This document shows positions 1-8,777 of a stretch of DNA of 43,027 nt, one piece after another. Every line of letters starts with the position of its first letter. Positions within the stretch are counted from its first letter, which is position 1. The notes under the pieces were generated by a model, which saw nothing but the letters and a program-made list of their open reading frames with translations, ran no database searches and was not told the origin of the DNA. Source of the stretch: Acidimicrobiia bacterium (GTDB lineage Bacteria > Actinomycetota > Acidimicrobiia > Spongiisociales > JAHEDJ01); assembly GCA_029210695.1 (NCBI GenBank), contig JARGFH010000032.1, positions 1 to 43,027 of the forward strand, written 5' to 3'. A program made the translations under genes and the position numbers.

Positions 1-195
1 TAGTAACCATCAGATTGGCAGAGCCCTCCTAATCAACCGGGAACCCCTACACCCCGCTCAATTCCGAAGCGCCCCTTTAACAACGCACAACCAATTGCCG
101 ATGACGGCGGCGTCGCCGCCCTGGCAGCCATTAGCGCTTGGTCGGCGGGCGGAGGTGCTGACGGCCCGGAGGGACAGTTCTACGCTCTCGATCAG

Positions 196-1779
196 TTGAT
201 TGACTACGGCGAGTGGCGAACGGGCTCGACCAAGATCGTGGTGTGGTTCGGTGACGCACCAGCTCATGATCCGGTATGCAGCTTGATCAGCGGACTGGGA
301 TACGGAATCGACGAGGCGGCACTTACGGCGGAGCTCGTGGCGAACGACATCCGGGTGGTAGCTATCAGCACACTCACCGGGTATCCAGCCGGACTCGACG
401 ACGTTCCGTCTCTCGGCGACTACTCGGCAGCATGCGGATTCGACGGTGGCTCGGCCGGACAGGCAACTCGTATTGCCGGCGCGACCGGAGGCGTTCATCT
501 CACCGGCGTTGGATCAGCCGACATCGCACAGGCGATCCTCGATGGACTGGCCGCCATCAGCGTGACCGTGTCCATGGAGAGCACCTGCGTGGATCCGATC
601 ACGACAACATTCGCTCCGGACTTTCGGATCGTAACCAGTGGCGAAGATGCCGTGTTCACAGAGACCATCTCTGTGGCGGCGGACGCTCCGGGCGGTACAT
701 ACGAGTGTGACGACTACGCACTGATCGATGGCACTCGCCTGGATGGAGTCGTCTACACAGTGACACAAGGGGACACAACGTTCGACGTGGCACCGCTCGC
801 GGGCAGTCAGAATGTGGTCGATTTCTACGACTACGGGACGGTTCCGGCGAGTGCCAATACCGGACTGGAGACGAGTGGCGTCAGCCTGCTGTTCCTGTAC
901 ACAGGACCAGATGGATTGAGTCTGGTCACCATCCACGACGAACCGGACGATTCGGGCGGCGAGGCTTTCATGACCGTCTCCGGACTCCCGGTTGGAGCAT
1001 CGTGGACGGTGGAGGACGATCCAGAAGGCCCGAACGATCAGTACGGAGGAGGTGCGGGCACCCTGTCAGCAGATTGGGAGTGGTTCGATTGCTGCACCGA
1101 CGGCGGTGCCATCGGTGGCCTTACGGACCACATAACCGGGGATGTATGCGTGACAGTTGACGCCAGTTTCGTAGGCGTCGATAACTGGTGGTTCCTGTCT
1201 GGTGACTCCGAAGCAACAACCCGGACTCCGCTGACCATGGACCAGCCCATCGAGATCTGTTCTCGTCCGCTGATCGAGACCAAGACCATCAAGGTGCCGG
1301 AAGGCTTCTTGACAGGTGGCGGTCATATCGGCAAGGGCAATAACGGAATGAACTTCGGTGGCAACGTCGGCTTCCTGGCCGACTTCACTGTGGTCGGACA
1401 GTGGCAGTTCAACGATCGCGCCGTCAACGATCTGAAGATGCACTCGACATCGATCGAGTATCTCCAGTTCTCGAACGATGGTCTGGAAGGGCCTGAGCCT
1501 CCCGATGCCAATGCCAACGTTGCGGAGTTCGCCGGGACGGCCCGGGTCATGCTCGGTAACGACGCCTGGATTGAAGGCTGCATGTTCTTCGCCGAAGCGC
1601 ACGACCACGGCGAGCCTTCAACAAAGAAGGGAGCAGATCCCGATCAATACGGGATAGCTATCGACTGCGGAGATGCGCCGACCGACTGGGCTGATCTCAG
1701 CACCTGGGACTTCTACTACCCGGTCGTGGACATCGACAACGGCAATCTCCAGATCCACTCTGGGATAAAGGACGGATAG
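196..1779 (+). CDS. 5'-truncated vWA-domain, acidic secreted/surface-type protein with an internal inserted domain and a C-terminal post-COAP-1-like domain
   Basis: vWA-type motifs: GGGADGPEGQFYALDQL (in frame upstream of 196, from about nt 73) and WRTGSTKIVVWFGDAPAHD. The C-terminus has GFLTGGGHI...NFGGNVG...GQWQFND. The frame is open from nt 7 but has no start before 196, and the N-terminal DxSxS MIDAS strand is missing. Confidence 0.65.
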   Translation: MIDYGEWRTGSTKIVVWFGDAPAHDPVCSLISGLGYGIDEAALTAELVANDIRVVAISTLTGYPAGLDDVPSLGDYSAACGFDGGSAGQATRIAGATGGVHLTGVGSADIAQAILDGLAAISVTVSMESTCVDPITTTFAPDFRIVTSGEDAVFTETISVAADAPGGTYECDDYALIDGTRLDGVVYTVTQGDTTFDVAPLAGSQNVVDFYDYGTVPASANTGLETSGVSLLFLYTGPDGLSLVTIHDEPDDSGGEAFMTVSGLPVGASWTVEDDPEGPNDQYGGGAGTLSADWEWFDCCTDGGAIGGLTDHITGDVCVTVDASFVGVDNWWFLSGDSEATTRTPLTMDQPIEICSRPLIETKTIKVPEGFLTGGGHIGKGNNGMNFGGNVGFLADFTVVGQWQFNDRAVNDLKMHSTSIEYLQFSNDGLEGPEPPDANANVAEFAGTARVMLGNDAWIEGCMFFAEAHDHGEPSTKKGADPDQYGIAIDCGDAPTDWADLSTWDFYYPVVDIDNGNLQIHSGIKDG

Positions 1780-1803
1780 CACCAAAATCACGACCGACTG
1801 CCT

Positions 1804-1826
1804 GGGAGCCACCTTCGGTGGCTCCC
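1804..1826. terminator. Hairpin between convergent genes, probable intrinsic terminator
   Basis: GGGAGCCAC-cttcg-GTGGCTCCC, a perfect 9-bp stem 25 nt after the vWA gene stop. Confidence 0.6.
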
Positions 1827-1842
1827 GGCTCGTCCGATCCCG

Positions 1843-1887
1843 TTCTTGCGTCGGTCCGCCGCACGGGACCCGAAACTGACGCAAGAA
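1843..1887. repeat. Palindromic REP-like inverted repeat
   Basis: TTCTTGCGTC (1843-1852) ... GACGCAAGAA (1878-1887), directly after the argH stop. Confidence 0.45.
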
Positions 1888-1890
1888 GGG

Positions 1891-3243
1891 TTAGGGGAGC
1901 GTCTCGCGGAGGCGTTCGATCTGTCGGCGGACGCTTTCGGTGCTTCCGCCGCCGTTCGTTGCCCGCCGGCGGACCGAGTCGGATGGATCGATTCGCTCCA
2001 AGTCGGCCGGCTCGAAGGCCGCGTGTGCGGCGGCGAGATCGTCCACCGTCGCTTCGTCCAGCGACCGGCCGTCCGCCATCAACGCCGCCACCAGGGCCCC
2101 AACCGCCTCGTGCGCCGCCCGGAACGGCACTCCCCGGCCGACCAGCGCCTCGGCCAGATCCAGTGCGGTGACCCACGCCGAAGGCGGCGGTGGATGGAAT
2201 TCGACACCCCCGAGGAGGGCGGTGAGCGCACCAAGGGTCCCCGCCAGGGCGTCATCCGCCCGGAAGACATGCTCCTTGTCCTCCTGCAGGTCACGGTTAT
2301 ACGTGAGCGGCAAACCCTTCTGCAGGGCCAGGAGGGCGGTGAGGTCTCCGATCGTTCCTGCCGCCCGACCGCGGGCGAGTTCGGCGATATCAGGGTTCTT
2401 CTTCTGCGGCAGAGCCGATGAACCAGTCGTTAGCCGGTCCGAAAACGTCACCCAGCCGAACTCCGACGTCGACCACAGGATCATCTCCTCCGCCAGACGG
2501 GAGGCATGCACCATAGATTGAGCGCACACCCAGGCATACTCGGCAACAAGGTCGCGCGACGCGACCGCGTCCATCGAGTTCTCGAACAAGCCGGGCAGCC
2601 CCAACAACCGGGCCGCTTCTTCGGGATCGAGAGGAAGGCTCGACCCGCCGGCCGCACCCGCGCCGAGCGGCGAGACACAGAGGCGCTTCTTCACATCCTC
2701 GAATCGTTCCCGATCCCGCATCGCCATCCACGCATAGGCGAGCAGGTGATGGCCGAGTGGTACCGCCTGTGCTTGCTGGAGGTGCGTATATGAGGGAACA
2801 ATCGTCCCGGCGTGCTCCTCAGCCAGTCCGACCAGCGTTGAAACGAAAGTCTCCAACTGGGCGATCCTCCGGTCAGACGCCCGGATCAGATAGAGGCGCA
2901 GGTCGAGCGCCACCTGATCATTACGCGATCGGCCGGTATGGAGTTTCCGCCCGGGGTCCCCGATCAGTTCGATGAGCCGGCGTTCGACGGCCGAGTGCAC
3001 GTCCTCATCCGAGTCGAGGAACTCAAAGGCGCCCGCTTGCGCCTCGGACAGGACCGCACGCAGGCCATCGCCGACGGCCGCGGCCTCCTCGTCGGAGAGG
3101 ATCCCGACCTTTCCCAGCATGCCCGCATGGGCGATCGAGCCTTCGACGTCCACCTCTAGAAGGCGCCGATCCGTGTGCGACGCGGTGTAGTCCCACAGGA
3201 CCTCATCCGGGCCTTCAGCGAATCTCCCACTCCAGAGGGTCAC
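1891..3243 (-). CDS. argH: Argininosuccinate lyase
   Basis: Motifs LWSGRF, DEDVH, HTGRSRNDQV, YTHLQQAQ, GSSALPQKKNPD, YNRDLQEDK. Confidence 0.97.
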   Translation of the reverse strand: MTLWSGRFAEGPDEVLWDYTASHTDRRLLEVDVEGSIAHAGMLGKVGILSDEEAAAVGDGLRAVLSEAQAGAFEFLDSDEDVHSAVERRLIELIGDPGRKLHTGRSRNDQVALDLRLYLIRASDRRIAQLETFVSTLVGLAEEHAGTIVPSYTHLQQAQAVPLGHHLLAYAWMAMRDRERFEDVKKRLCVSPLGAGAAGGSSLPLDPEEAARLLGLPGLFENSMDAVASRDLVAEYAWVCAQSMVHASRLAEEMILWSTSEFGWVTFSDRLTTGSSALPQKKNPDIAELARGRAAGTIGDLTALLALQKGLPLTYNRDLQEDKEHVFRADDALAGTLGALTALLGGVEFHPPPPSAWVTALDLAEALVGRGVPFRAAHEAVGALVAALMADGRSLDEATVDDLAAAHAAFEPADLERIDPSDSVRRRATNGGGSTESVRRQIERLRETLP

Positions 3244-3260
3244 GACGCGTACCTCGAGCA

Positions 3261-3295
3261 GTACCGGGTACCTGGTAGCTGATACCTTGTACTTG
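3261..3295. repeat. Degenerate heptamer tandem repeat (GTACCTG-like x5)
   Basis: gtaccgg gtacctg gtagctg atacctt gtacttg. Confidence 0.7.
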
Positions 3296-3336
3296 GTCGC
3301 GGATTCGTGCGAGACCTAGAGGCGGTGGCGCGTGCC

Positions 3337-3581
3337 AGGTGGGTCGGTCCCCCCGGAGGGGGGAAAGCGCCTGCGCCAACGCGACCCGGAGAACCAAGTA
3401 GGTGGGTCGGTCCCCCCGGAGGGGGGAAGGTACCTGCGCCAACGCGAAGCGGAGGCGGAGGTAGGGGGGCCAACACGAAACACCGGCGCGCGTTCCGGAG
3501 GAACTCGAAGCCGCCGGCTGCAGGACGGCAGCCCCCCTCCCACCCGGCCTGCAGCCGGGTGTACTCCCCCCGGCCGGGGGA
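3337..3581. repeat. Cluster of palindromic REP-like elements: a 48-bp direct repeat plus an inverted related copy
   Basis: 3337-3384 and 3400-3447 match at 45/48 and each contains TCCCCCC-gga-GGGGGGA. An opposite-orientation relative lies at about 3531-3581 (CTCCCCC..GGGGGAG plus a CACCCGGC..GCCGGGTG hairpin). Confidence 0.75.
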
Positions 3582-3663
3582 GCGACAGAGAGCGTCTCCG
3601 GCCCCGGCCTTGCTTAGATGTCTCACAACCACCAAACGCTCCCTTTCCAGGACAATGGACAAA

Positions 3664-4866
3664 TCACTCCCCTGCTCCTAGCCGCTCCTCAGCAAGCCTT
3701 CGCAGCCGGAGCGCGTTCAACTTGATGAAGCCCGAGGCATCCGCCTGGTCGTATACCGAGTCCTCTTCGAACGTGACCGTGGCGTGGTCGTACAGTCCGT
3801 AGTGATCCGACCGGCGACCCTCGACGTACACGCCGCCTTTGTACAGCTTCAACCGGGCTTCTCCCGATACCCGCACCTGCACTGAGTCCATGAAGGCCTG
3901 GAGTGCCTCCCGCTCGGGCGCGAACCAGAATCCGTTGTAGACCATCTCGGCATAGCGGGGCACGAGTTCGTCGCGGAGGTGGGCGACCTCTCGATCCAGC
4001 GTTATGGACTCGACGGCCTTGTGGGCGTGATGAAGCACGGTCCCACCGGGGGTCTCATACACCCCGCGGCTCTTCATCCCGACGAACCGATTCTCGACGA
4101 GGTCGACCCGTCCGACGCCGTGCGCTCCTGCAACGGCGTTGAGGTGCGTCAGCAGTTCGACTGGGTTCAGTTCGATGCCGTCTACCGCAATCGGATTGCC
4201 CTTCTCGAACGTCACGGTGATCGTCTGCGCTTCGTCGGGGGCATCCTGCGGGTCGACCGTCGTCCTGAACATTTCCTTGGGAGGAGCCGTCCACGGGTCC
4301 TCGAGCACTCCACCCTCATACGAGACGTGCAGAAGATTGGCATCCATCGAATACGGCTTGTCGGCCGTGACCGGAATGGGGATCCCATGACGCTCGGCGT
4401 AGGCGACGAGATCTGCCCTGCCCTTCAGGTCCCACTCACGCCAGGGGGCAATCACCTTGATGTCCGGCTCTAGGGCGTAGGCAGAGATCTCAAAACGAAC
4501 CTGGTCATTTCCCTTCCCGGTGGCGCCGTGGGAGATCGCATCTGCTCCATATCTGCGGGCCGCTTCGATCATTCCCTTGCTGATTACCGGCCGGGCCAGT
4601 GAGGTTCCGAGCAGGTAGTACCACTCGTAGACGGCGTTGGCCCGCAGCGCTGGGAACACATAGTCTTCTACGAACTCCGCGGTGAGGTCTTCGGTGATCG
4701 CCTCCACGGCGCCGGTCTGTAGCGCCTTGACCTTCGCCTCCTCGACCTCTTCACCTTGACCGACGTCAGCGGTGTAGGCGATGACCTCAGCGTCGTACTC
4801 CTCCACCAGCCATCTCAGGATGATCGATGTATCGAGACCGCCGCTGTAGGCGAGGACTACTTTCAT
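3664..4866 (-). CDS. argG: Argininosuccinate synthase
   Basis: [45 protein letters not shown]. The ATG at 4866 overlaps the argR stop (ATGA). Confidence 0.98.
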   Translation of the reverse strand: MKVVLAYSGGLDTSIILRWLVEEYDAEVIAYTADVGQGEEVEEAKVKALQTGAVEAITEDLTAEFVEDYVFPALRANAVYEWYYLLGTSLARPVISKGMIEAARRYGADAISHGATGKGNDQVRFEISAYALEPDIKVIAPWREWDLKGRADLVAYAERHGIPIPVTADKPYSMDANLLHVSYEGGVLEDPWTAPPKEMFRTTVDPQDAPDEAQTITVTFEKGNPIAVDGIELNPVELLTHLNAVAGAHGVGRVDLVENRFVGMKSRGVYETPGGTVLHHAHKAVESITLDREVAHLRDELVPRYAEMVYNGFWFAPEREALQAFMDSVQVRVSGEARLKLYKGGVYVEGRRSDHYGLYDHATVTFEEDSVYDQADASGFIKLNALRLRRLAEERLGAGE

Positions 4867-5336
4867 GGGCCTGCTCCGATTTGTTCGAGTTGTTCTGCAA
4901 TCCGCCAACCGCCGATGCTGTCTGCGACGACCACGAGCAGCGTGTCGTCGCCTGCCACCGTCCCCAGCACTCCTTCGATTCCTCCCCGATCGACGGCACC
5001 CGCCACGACCTGGGCGGCTCCCGGCGGCGTGGTGATGATTACGAGGTTTCCGGTCGGCACGATCGTCTCAGCGAACTCAGCCAGGACCCGGCGCAAGGCC
5101 TGAGCAACGACCGTCTCGTCGACGGCCCCGCCGGGTGCGGGAAGCGCATAGACGGAGTTCCCATGGTCGTCCCGAGCCTTGATCGCACCGAGTTCTTTCA
5201 GGTCGCGTGACACCGTTGCCTGCGTAACCTCGAATCCCGCCTGATCCAGTTGCTCGACGAGTGCCGACTGACTTGCCACCGTCTGGTGGGCGATGATGCG
5301 ACGAATCGCCCTTCGCCGCGCCGCTGTGTTGTTCAT
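4863..5336 (-). CDS. argR: Arginine repressor
   Basis: wHTH motif [12 protein letters not shown] and C-terminal GTVAGDDT. Confidence 0.96.
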   Translation of the reverse strand: MNNTAARRRAIRRIIAHQTVASQSALVEQLDQAGFEVTQATVSRDLKELGAIKARDDHGNSVYALPAPGGAVDETVVAQALRRVLAEFAETIVPTGNLVIITTPPGAAQVVAGAVDRGGIEGVLGTVAGDDTLLVVVADSIGGWRIAEQLEQIGAGP

Positions 5337-5370
5337 AGCGTGATTATACGCACTACTGCATATTCATGCG
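5337..5370 (-). promoter_or_regulatory. Tandem ARG boxes overlapping a leaderless promoter for argRGH
   Basis: AGCGTGATTATACG (5337-5350) and TGCATATTCATGCG (5357-5370), 20-nt period. A minus-strand TATAAT at 5348-5343 lies 6 nt before the argR ATG. Confidence 0.8.
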
Positions 5371-5407
5371 AATAGAGGAGGTCGGCCGATTGTTCGGTAC
5401 CGGGCCC

Positions 5408-5494
5408 TCACACCAGGTGGTGGCCACCGTCGACCACCAGGACGTCACCCGTCACAAAGGTCGAACGCGCCAGATAGAGACAGGCTTCGGCGAT
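5408..5494 (-). pseudogene. C-terminal remnant of an SDR oxidoreductase (pteridine reductase/FabG-like tail)
   Basis: Translates as IAEACLYLARSTFVTGDVLVVDGGHHLV*, the classic SDR C-terminal FVTG..L.VDGG motif. It has no start and abuts a heptamer array. Confidence 0.8.
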
Positions 5495-5527
5495 TGGCAA
5501 TTGGCGATTGGCAATTGGCAATTGGCT
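5493..5527. repeat. Heptamer tandem repeat (ATTGGCN x5)
   Basis: attggca attggcg attggca attggca attggct. Confidence 0.9.
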
Positions 5528-5539
5528 CAGCGGTAGCCG

Positions 5540-6736
5540 CTAGGCAGTTGGGCCTTCAGGTGTTGCTCTGGCGACTGCTTTCTCGAACCTCCGGACCGCC
5601 TCGGCGACCTCCTCCGCGCTGATCGTGAGCGGGGGCGTGAAACGAACCACGTCCGGCAGAACGTTGTTGATCACCAATCCTTCCCCGAGGGCGGCTGACA
5701 CGACCTCCTCGGCGATCGGTTCCTGCAGGACTGCAGCAATGAGAAGGCCGCGCCCCCGCACCTGGGCTACTCCGGCTACGCGCTCGAGGAGAAGTCGCAG
5801 TTGTTCGCCCCTCGCCACCACGTTGTCCAGCAGTTTCGTTTCCTCGATCTCAGCCAGCGTGGCCAGCGCCGCCGCGCAGATCACCGGGCCGCCGCCAAAG
5901 GTGGTGGCGTGATCTCCTGGTTGGAAGGCAGCCGCCACCTGCTTGGTCGCCAGGCAGGCGCCGATCGGAAGACCGTTGGCAAGTGCTTTGGCGGCCGTGG
6001 CGATATCCGGAGCGAAACCGAGGCTCTGCCAGGAAAACCACGTGCCCGTCCGACCTACACCGGCTTGTACATCGTCGACGATCAACAGAACCCGGCGATC
6101 GTCGCACAACGAACGGAGGTCGGTTAGATACTCCTCAACCAGGGGAAGAACTCCCCCTTCTCCCTGGGTGGTCTCGATCATCACCGCCGCGGTACCGCCA
6201 TGAATGGCCGCCGCAACGGCCGGTAGATCATTCGGAGGAATTTGCAGGAATCCGGTTGGCAGGGGAATGAACCTGGCTTGCTTCGCCGGTTGCCCGGTGG
6301 CCGCCAGCGTCGCCAGCGTCCGGCCGTGAAACGAGCCGTCGAGCGTGATGACCTCAAAGCATTCGGGACCTCGCTGAGCCTGCCCCCATCGCCGGGCGAG
6401 CTTGATGGCTGCCTCGTTGGCCGTCGCGCCGTCGTTCGAGAAGAACACACGGTCGAGTCCCGACAGTCGACACAATTGCTCGGCAAGGTCAACCTGTGGT
6501 GCGGTATAAAACAGGTTGGAGACGTGGACAAGTGCGCTCATCTGTCGGTTCACCGCTTCCGCCACCCGCGGGTTGGCATGGCCGACGGAGGTCACAGCTA
6601 TGCCGCTGAGACAATCGAGGTAGGACTTCCCCGCCACATCGAACAGGCGGGTTCCATCTCCGCGCACAAATGCGACCGGAAGCCGTTGATAGGTGTGCAT
6701 GAGGGCGGCAGCTTCGCGAGCGGCGAGTTCGGTCAC
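5540..6736 (-). CDS. argD: Acetylornithine aminotransferase
   Basis: Class III PLP motifs SFHGRTL, DDVQAGVGRTG, AAKALANG, HATTFGG. The GTG start overlaps the argB stop (GTGA). Confidence 0.93.
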   Translation of the reverse strand: MTELAAREAAALMHTYQRLPVAFVRGDGTRLFDVAGKSYLDCLSGIAVTSVGHANPRVAEAVNRQMSALVHVSNLFYTAPQVDLAEQLCRLSGLDRVFFSNDGATANEAAIKLARRWGQAQRGPECFEVITLDGSFHGRTLATLAATGQPAKQARFIPLPTGFLQIPPNDLPAVAAAIHGGTAAVMIETTQGEGGVLPLVEEYLTDLRSLCDDRRVLLIVDDVQAGVGRTGTWFSWQSLGFAPDIATAAKALANGLPIGACLATKQVAAAFQPGDHATTFGGGPVICAAALATLAEIEETKLLDNVVARGEQLRLLLERVAGVAQVRGRGLLIAAVLQEPIAEEVVSAALGEGLVINNVLPDVVRFTPPLTISAEEVAEAVRRFEKAVARATPEGPTA

Positions 6737-7620
6737 GACTCGACCATCGTGCCGATGCCTTCCGGCGTGAATATCTCCAGCAACAGGGCGTGCTGAACCC
6801 GGCCGTCGAGTATGTGAACACGGTGCACTCCGGCCTCCATCGCCGAAATGCACGAGTCGAGTTTCGGCAGCATCCCCTTCGAAACCGACCCGGACTCCAC
6901 CAGTTCGCGCAGTCCTTGAACCGTCACCCGCTGAATGAGTGAATCGCGGTCTCCGAGGTCGCTGTACAGGCCCTCAACGTCGGTCAGGTACACCAACTTC
7001 TCCGCTTCCAGCGCCTCGGCCAGGGCGCCGGCCGCGGTGTCGGCGTTGAGGTTGTAGACGTGACCATCTTCTCCGAGCGCCAGCGGAGCAACCACCGGAA
7101 CAACCCCTTCGACCAGCATCCGGCTGATGAGATCGGGGTTCACCTGGGTGATATCTCCAACGAAGCCGAGCATCGGGTCTCTCGGTGCGGCAACGAAGAG
7201 GCTGCCGTCGATGCCGGTCACGCCTGCCGCCATGGCCCCATGCGAACCCATCAACCGCACGATGTCCGGGTTGATCTCGCCGGCCAGCGTCGTTTGCACC
7301 ACCCGGATCGTGTCCGCGTCGGTCACCCGCAGCCCATCCATCCATTGGGGTTCAACCCCGGCCTGACCCATCGCCCTGGTGATGTGTGGCCCGCCTCCAT
7401 GCACGACTACCGGCCGAAGGCCAACCAACGCCAGGAGCGCTACATCCCCGGCGAACGTATGTCGAAGTGACTCGTCGGCCATCGCCGAACCGCCGTACTT
7501 GATGACGATCGTCTTGCCTTTGAACTCCTGGATGTACGGCATGGCCTCCATGAGGATGGTCGCCTTGCCCATCGAACGGGCGATGCGGCTCTTGGACAAA
7601 TCCGGCGGTGTTCTACTCAT
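6733..7620 (-). CDS. argB: Acetylglutamate kinase
   Basis: VIKYGGSAM, VVHGGG, GLRVTD, YNLNADTAA, GMLPKL. The ATG at 7620 overlaps the argJ stop. Confidence 0.96.
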   Translation of the reverse strand: MSRTPPDLSKSRIARSMGKATILMEAMPYIQEFKGKTIVIKYGGSAMADESLRHTFAGDVALLALVGLRPVVVHGGGPHITRAMGQAGVEPQWMDGLRVTDADTIRVVQTTLAGEINPDIVRLMGSHGAMAAGVTGIDGSLFVAAPRDPMLGFVGDITQVNPDLISRMLVEGVVPVVAPLALGEDGHVYNLNADTAAGALAEALEAEKLVYLTDVEGLYSDLGDRDSLIQRVTVQGLRELVESGSVSKGMLPKLDSCISAMEAGVHRVHILDGRVQHALLLEIFTPEGIGTMVES

Positions 7621-8777
7621 GAGCGTTCCCCGTTGAACCGTACGTAATCGGGGGTCAAGTCGGTGGTGAGTACCGTCGCTCGCCCCGAACCGGCGCCGAC
7701 CGTCACGTCGACCACGAAGTCGCCGCCTATCAGGGTCGAAACCAGCGCCTGTTCGTCGAAGGGAAGGCCTACTCCCCGCTGTGCCACCGTCACCCCCGCG
7801 TACGAAACCGAAATCGCCTCTGGTTCTACTCGGCCCGGGCCGACTCCGAGAGCCCCGAAGATCCTCCCCCAGTTCGGGTCGCCTCCGTAGAACGAAGCAC
7901 GAACGAGATCGGAGTCGGTCACGTGTTTGCCTATCGCTCTGGCCTCCGCATCGTCGGAAGCTCCATGCACCCGGACGGTGACCACCCGGGTCGCTCCCTC
8001 CGCATCCGCCGCGATCTGATAGGCGAGATCTCGACATAGCTCGCTCAGGGAGGCCCCGAAGTCCTCGGGGCCGGGTTCGACGCCTGAAGCACCGGAAGCC
8101 AGGATCACCACAGAGTCGTTGGTTGATTGGCACCCGTCGACGTTGAGTGAGTTGAAGCTCTCGTTGACTGCAGATTGAAGCGCTCGCTGTAGCCGATCTG
8201 CCGGAACGATCGCATCGGTCGTGAGGACCGCCAGCATTGTCGCCATATCGGGCCGGATCATCCCGGCGCCCTTGGCCATGCCGCCAATGGTGTACCCGCC
8301 GTTCGCAACCACAGCTTCTTTCCGCACCGAGTCGGTGGTCATGATGGCGGTGGCAGCCGCCCCGCCCGCCTCGCGATCGATACCCAGCTCCGTCGGGAGG
8401 CCTTGGATCAGGCGTTCAACCGGAAGTTGCGGACCGATCGTGCCGGTCGAACACACCAGGACCTCCGTTGCTTCGCAGCCGTAGGAATTCGCGGCCGCCC
8501 CAACGGTCTTGATGGCGACCTCGTAGCCGCGCCGGCCGGTCGCGGCATTGGCACAGCCGGAGTTGACCACGACCACCTGGGCCGACCCAGAGGCCAGATG
8601 TTGGCGGGATACCAGTACCGGCGGGGCGGCGGTGGTGGAGGTCGTGAAGACCCCGGCGGCCGGGACGGCGGTCCCGGCCGACACGACTGCCAGGTCGGGA
8701 ACGCCGCCGGGTTTGATCCCGCAGGCCACGCCCGCTGCGGCAAACCCGGAGGCTGCGGTAACGCTCACGGCATCCAC
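7617..8777 (-). CDS. argJ: Glutamate N-acetyltransferase (ornithine acetyltransferase)
   Basis: NSGCANAATG, AIMTTD, KGAGMIRPDMATML autoproteolysis site, STNDS, DPNWGRI. Confidence 0.96.
   Translation of the reverse strand: MDAVSVTAASGFAAAGVACGIKPGGVPDLAVVSAGTAVPAAGVFTTSTTAAPPVLVSRQHLASGSAQVVVVNSGCANAATGRRGYEVAIKTVGAAANSYGCEATEVLVCSTGTIGPQLPVERLIQGLPTELGIDREAGGAAATAIMTTDSVRKEAVVANGGYTIGGMAKGAGMIRPDMATMLAVLTTDAIVPADRLQRALQSAVNESFNSLNVDGCQSTNDSVVILASGASGVEPGPEDFGASLSELCRDLAYQIAADAEGATRVVTVRVHGASDDAEARAIGKHVTDSDLVRASFYGGDPNWGRIFGALGVGPGRVEPEAISVSYAGVTVAQRGVGLPFDEQALVSTLIGGDFVVDVTVGAGSGRATVLTTDLTPDYVRFNGERS

Noticed and set aside
3337..3447. Two 48-bp direct repeats as a possible CRISPR array
   Set aside because: Only two copies with a 15-nt gap, no cas genes and no leader. 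The structure fits REP-like elements.
3612..3662. GATGTCTCACAAC as a possible IS481-type end
   Set aside because: No partner end, target duplication or transposase in the window.
3240..3681. Several 75-156 aa ORFs in the argG-argH spacer
   Set aside because: They are translations of the palindromic repeats; Pro/Gly/Arg-rich with no family motifs.
7621..8133. Apparent 170-aa N-terminal extension of ArgB (similar extensions on ArgD, DegV, TrxA, RnpA and the anti-sigma)
   Set aside because: These overlap the upstream gene in another frame. True starts are marked by stop/start overlaps or an RBS.
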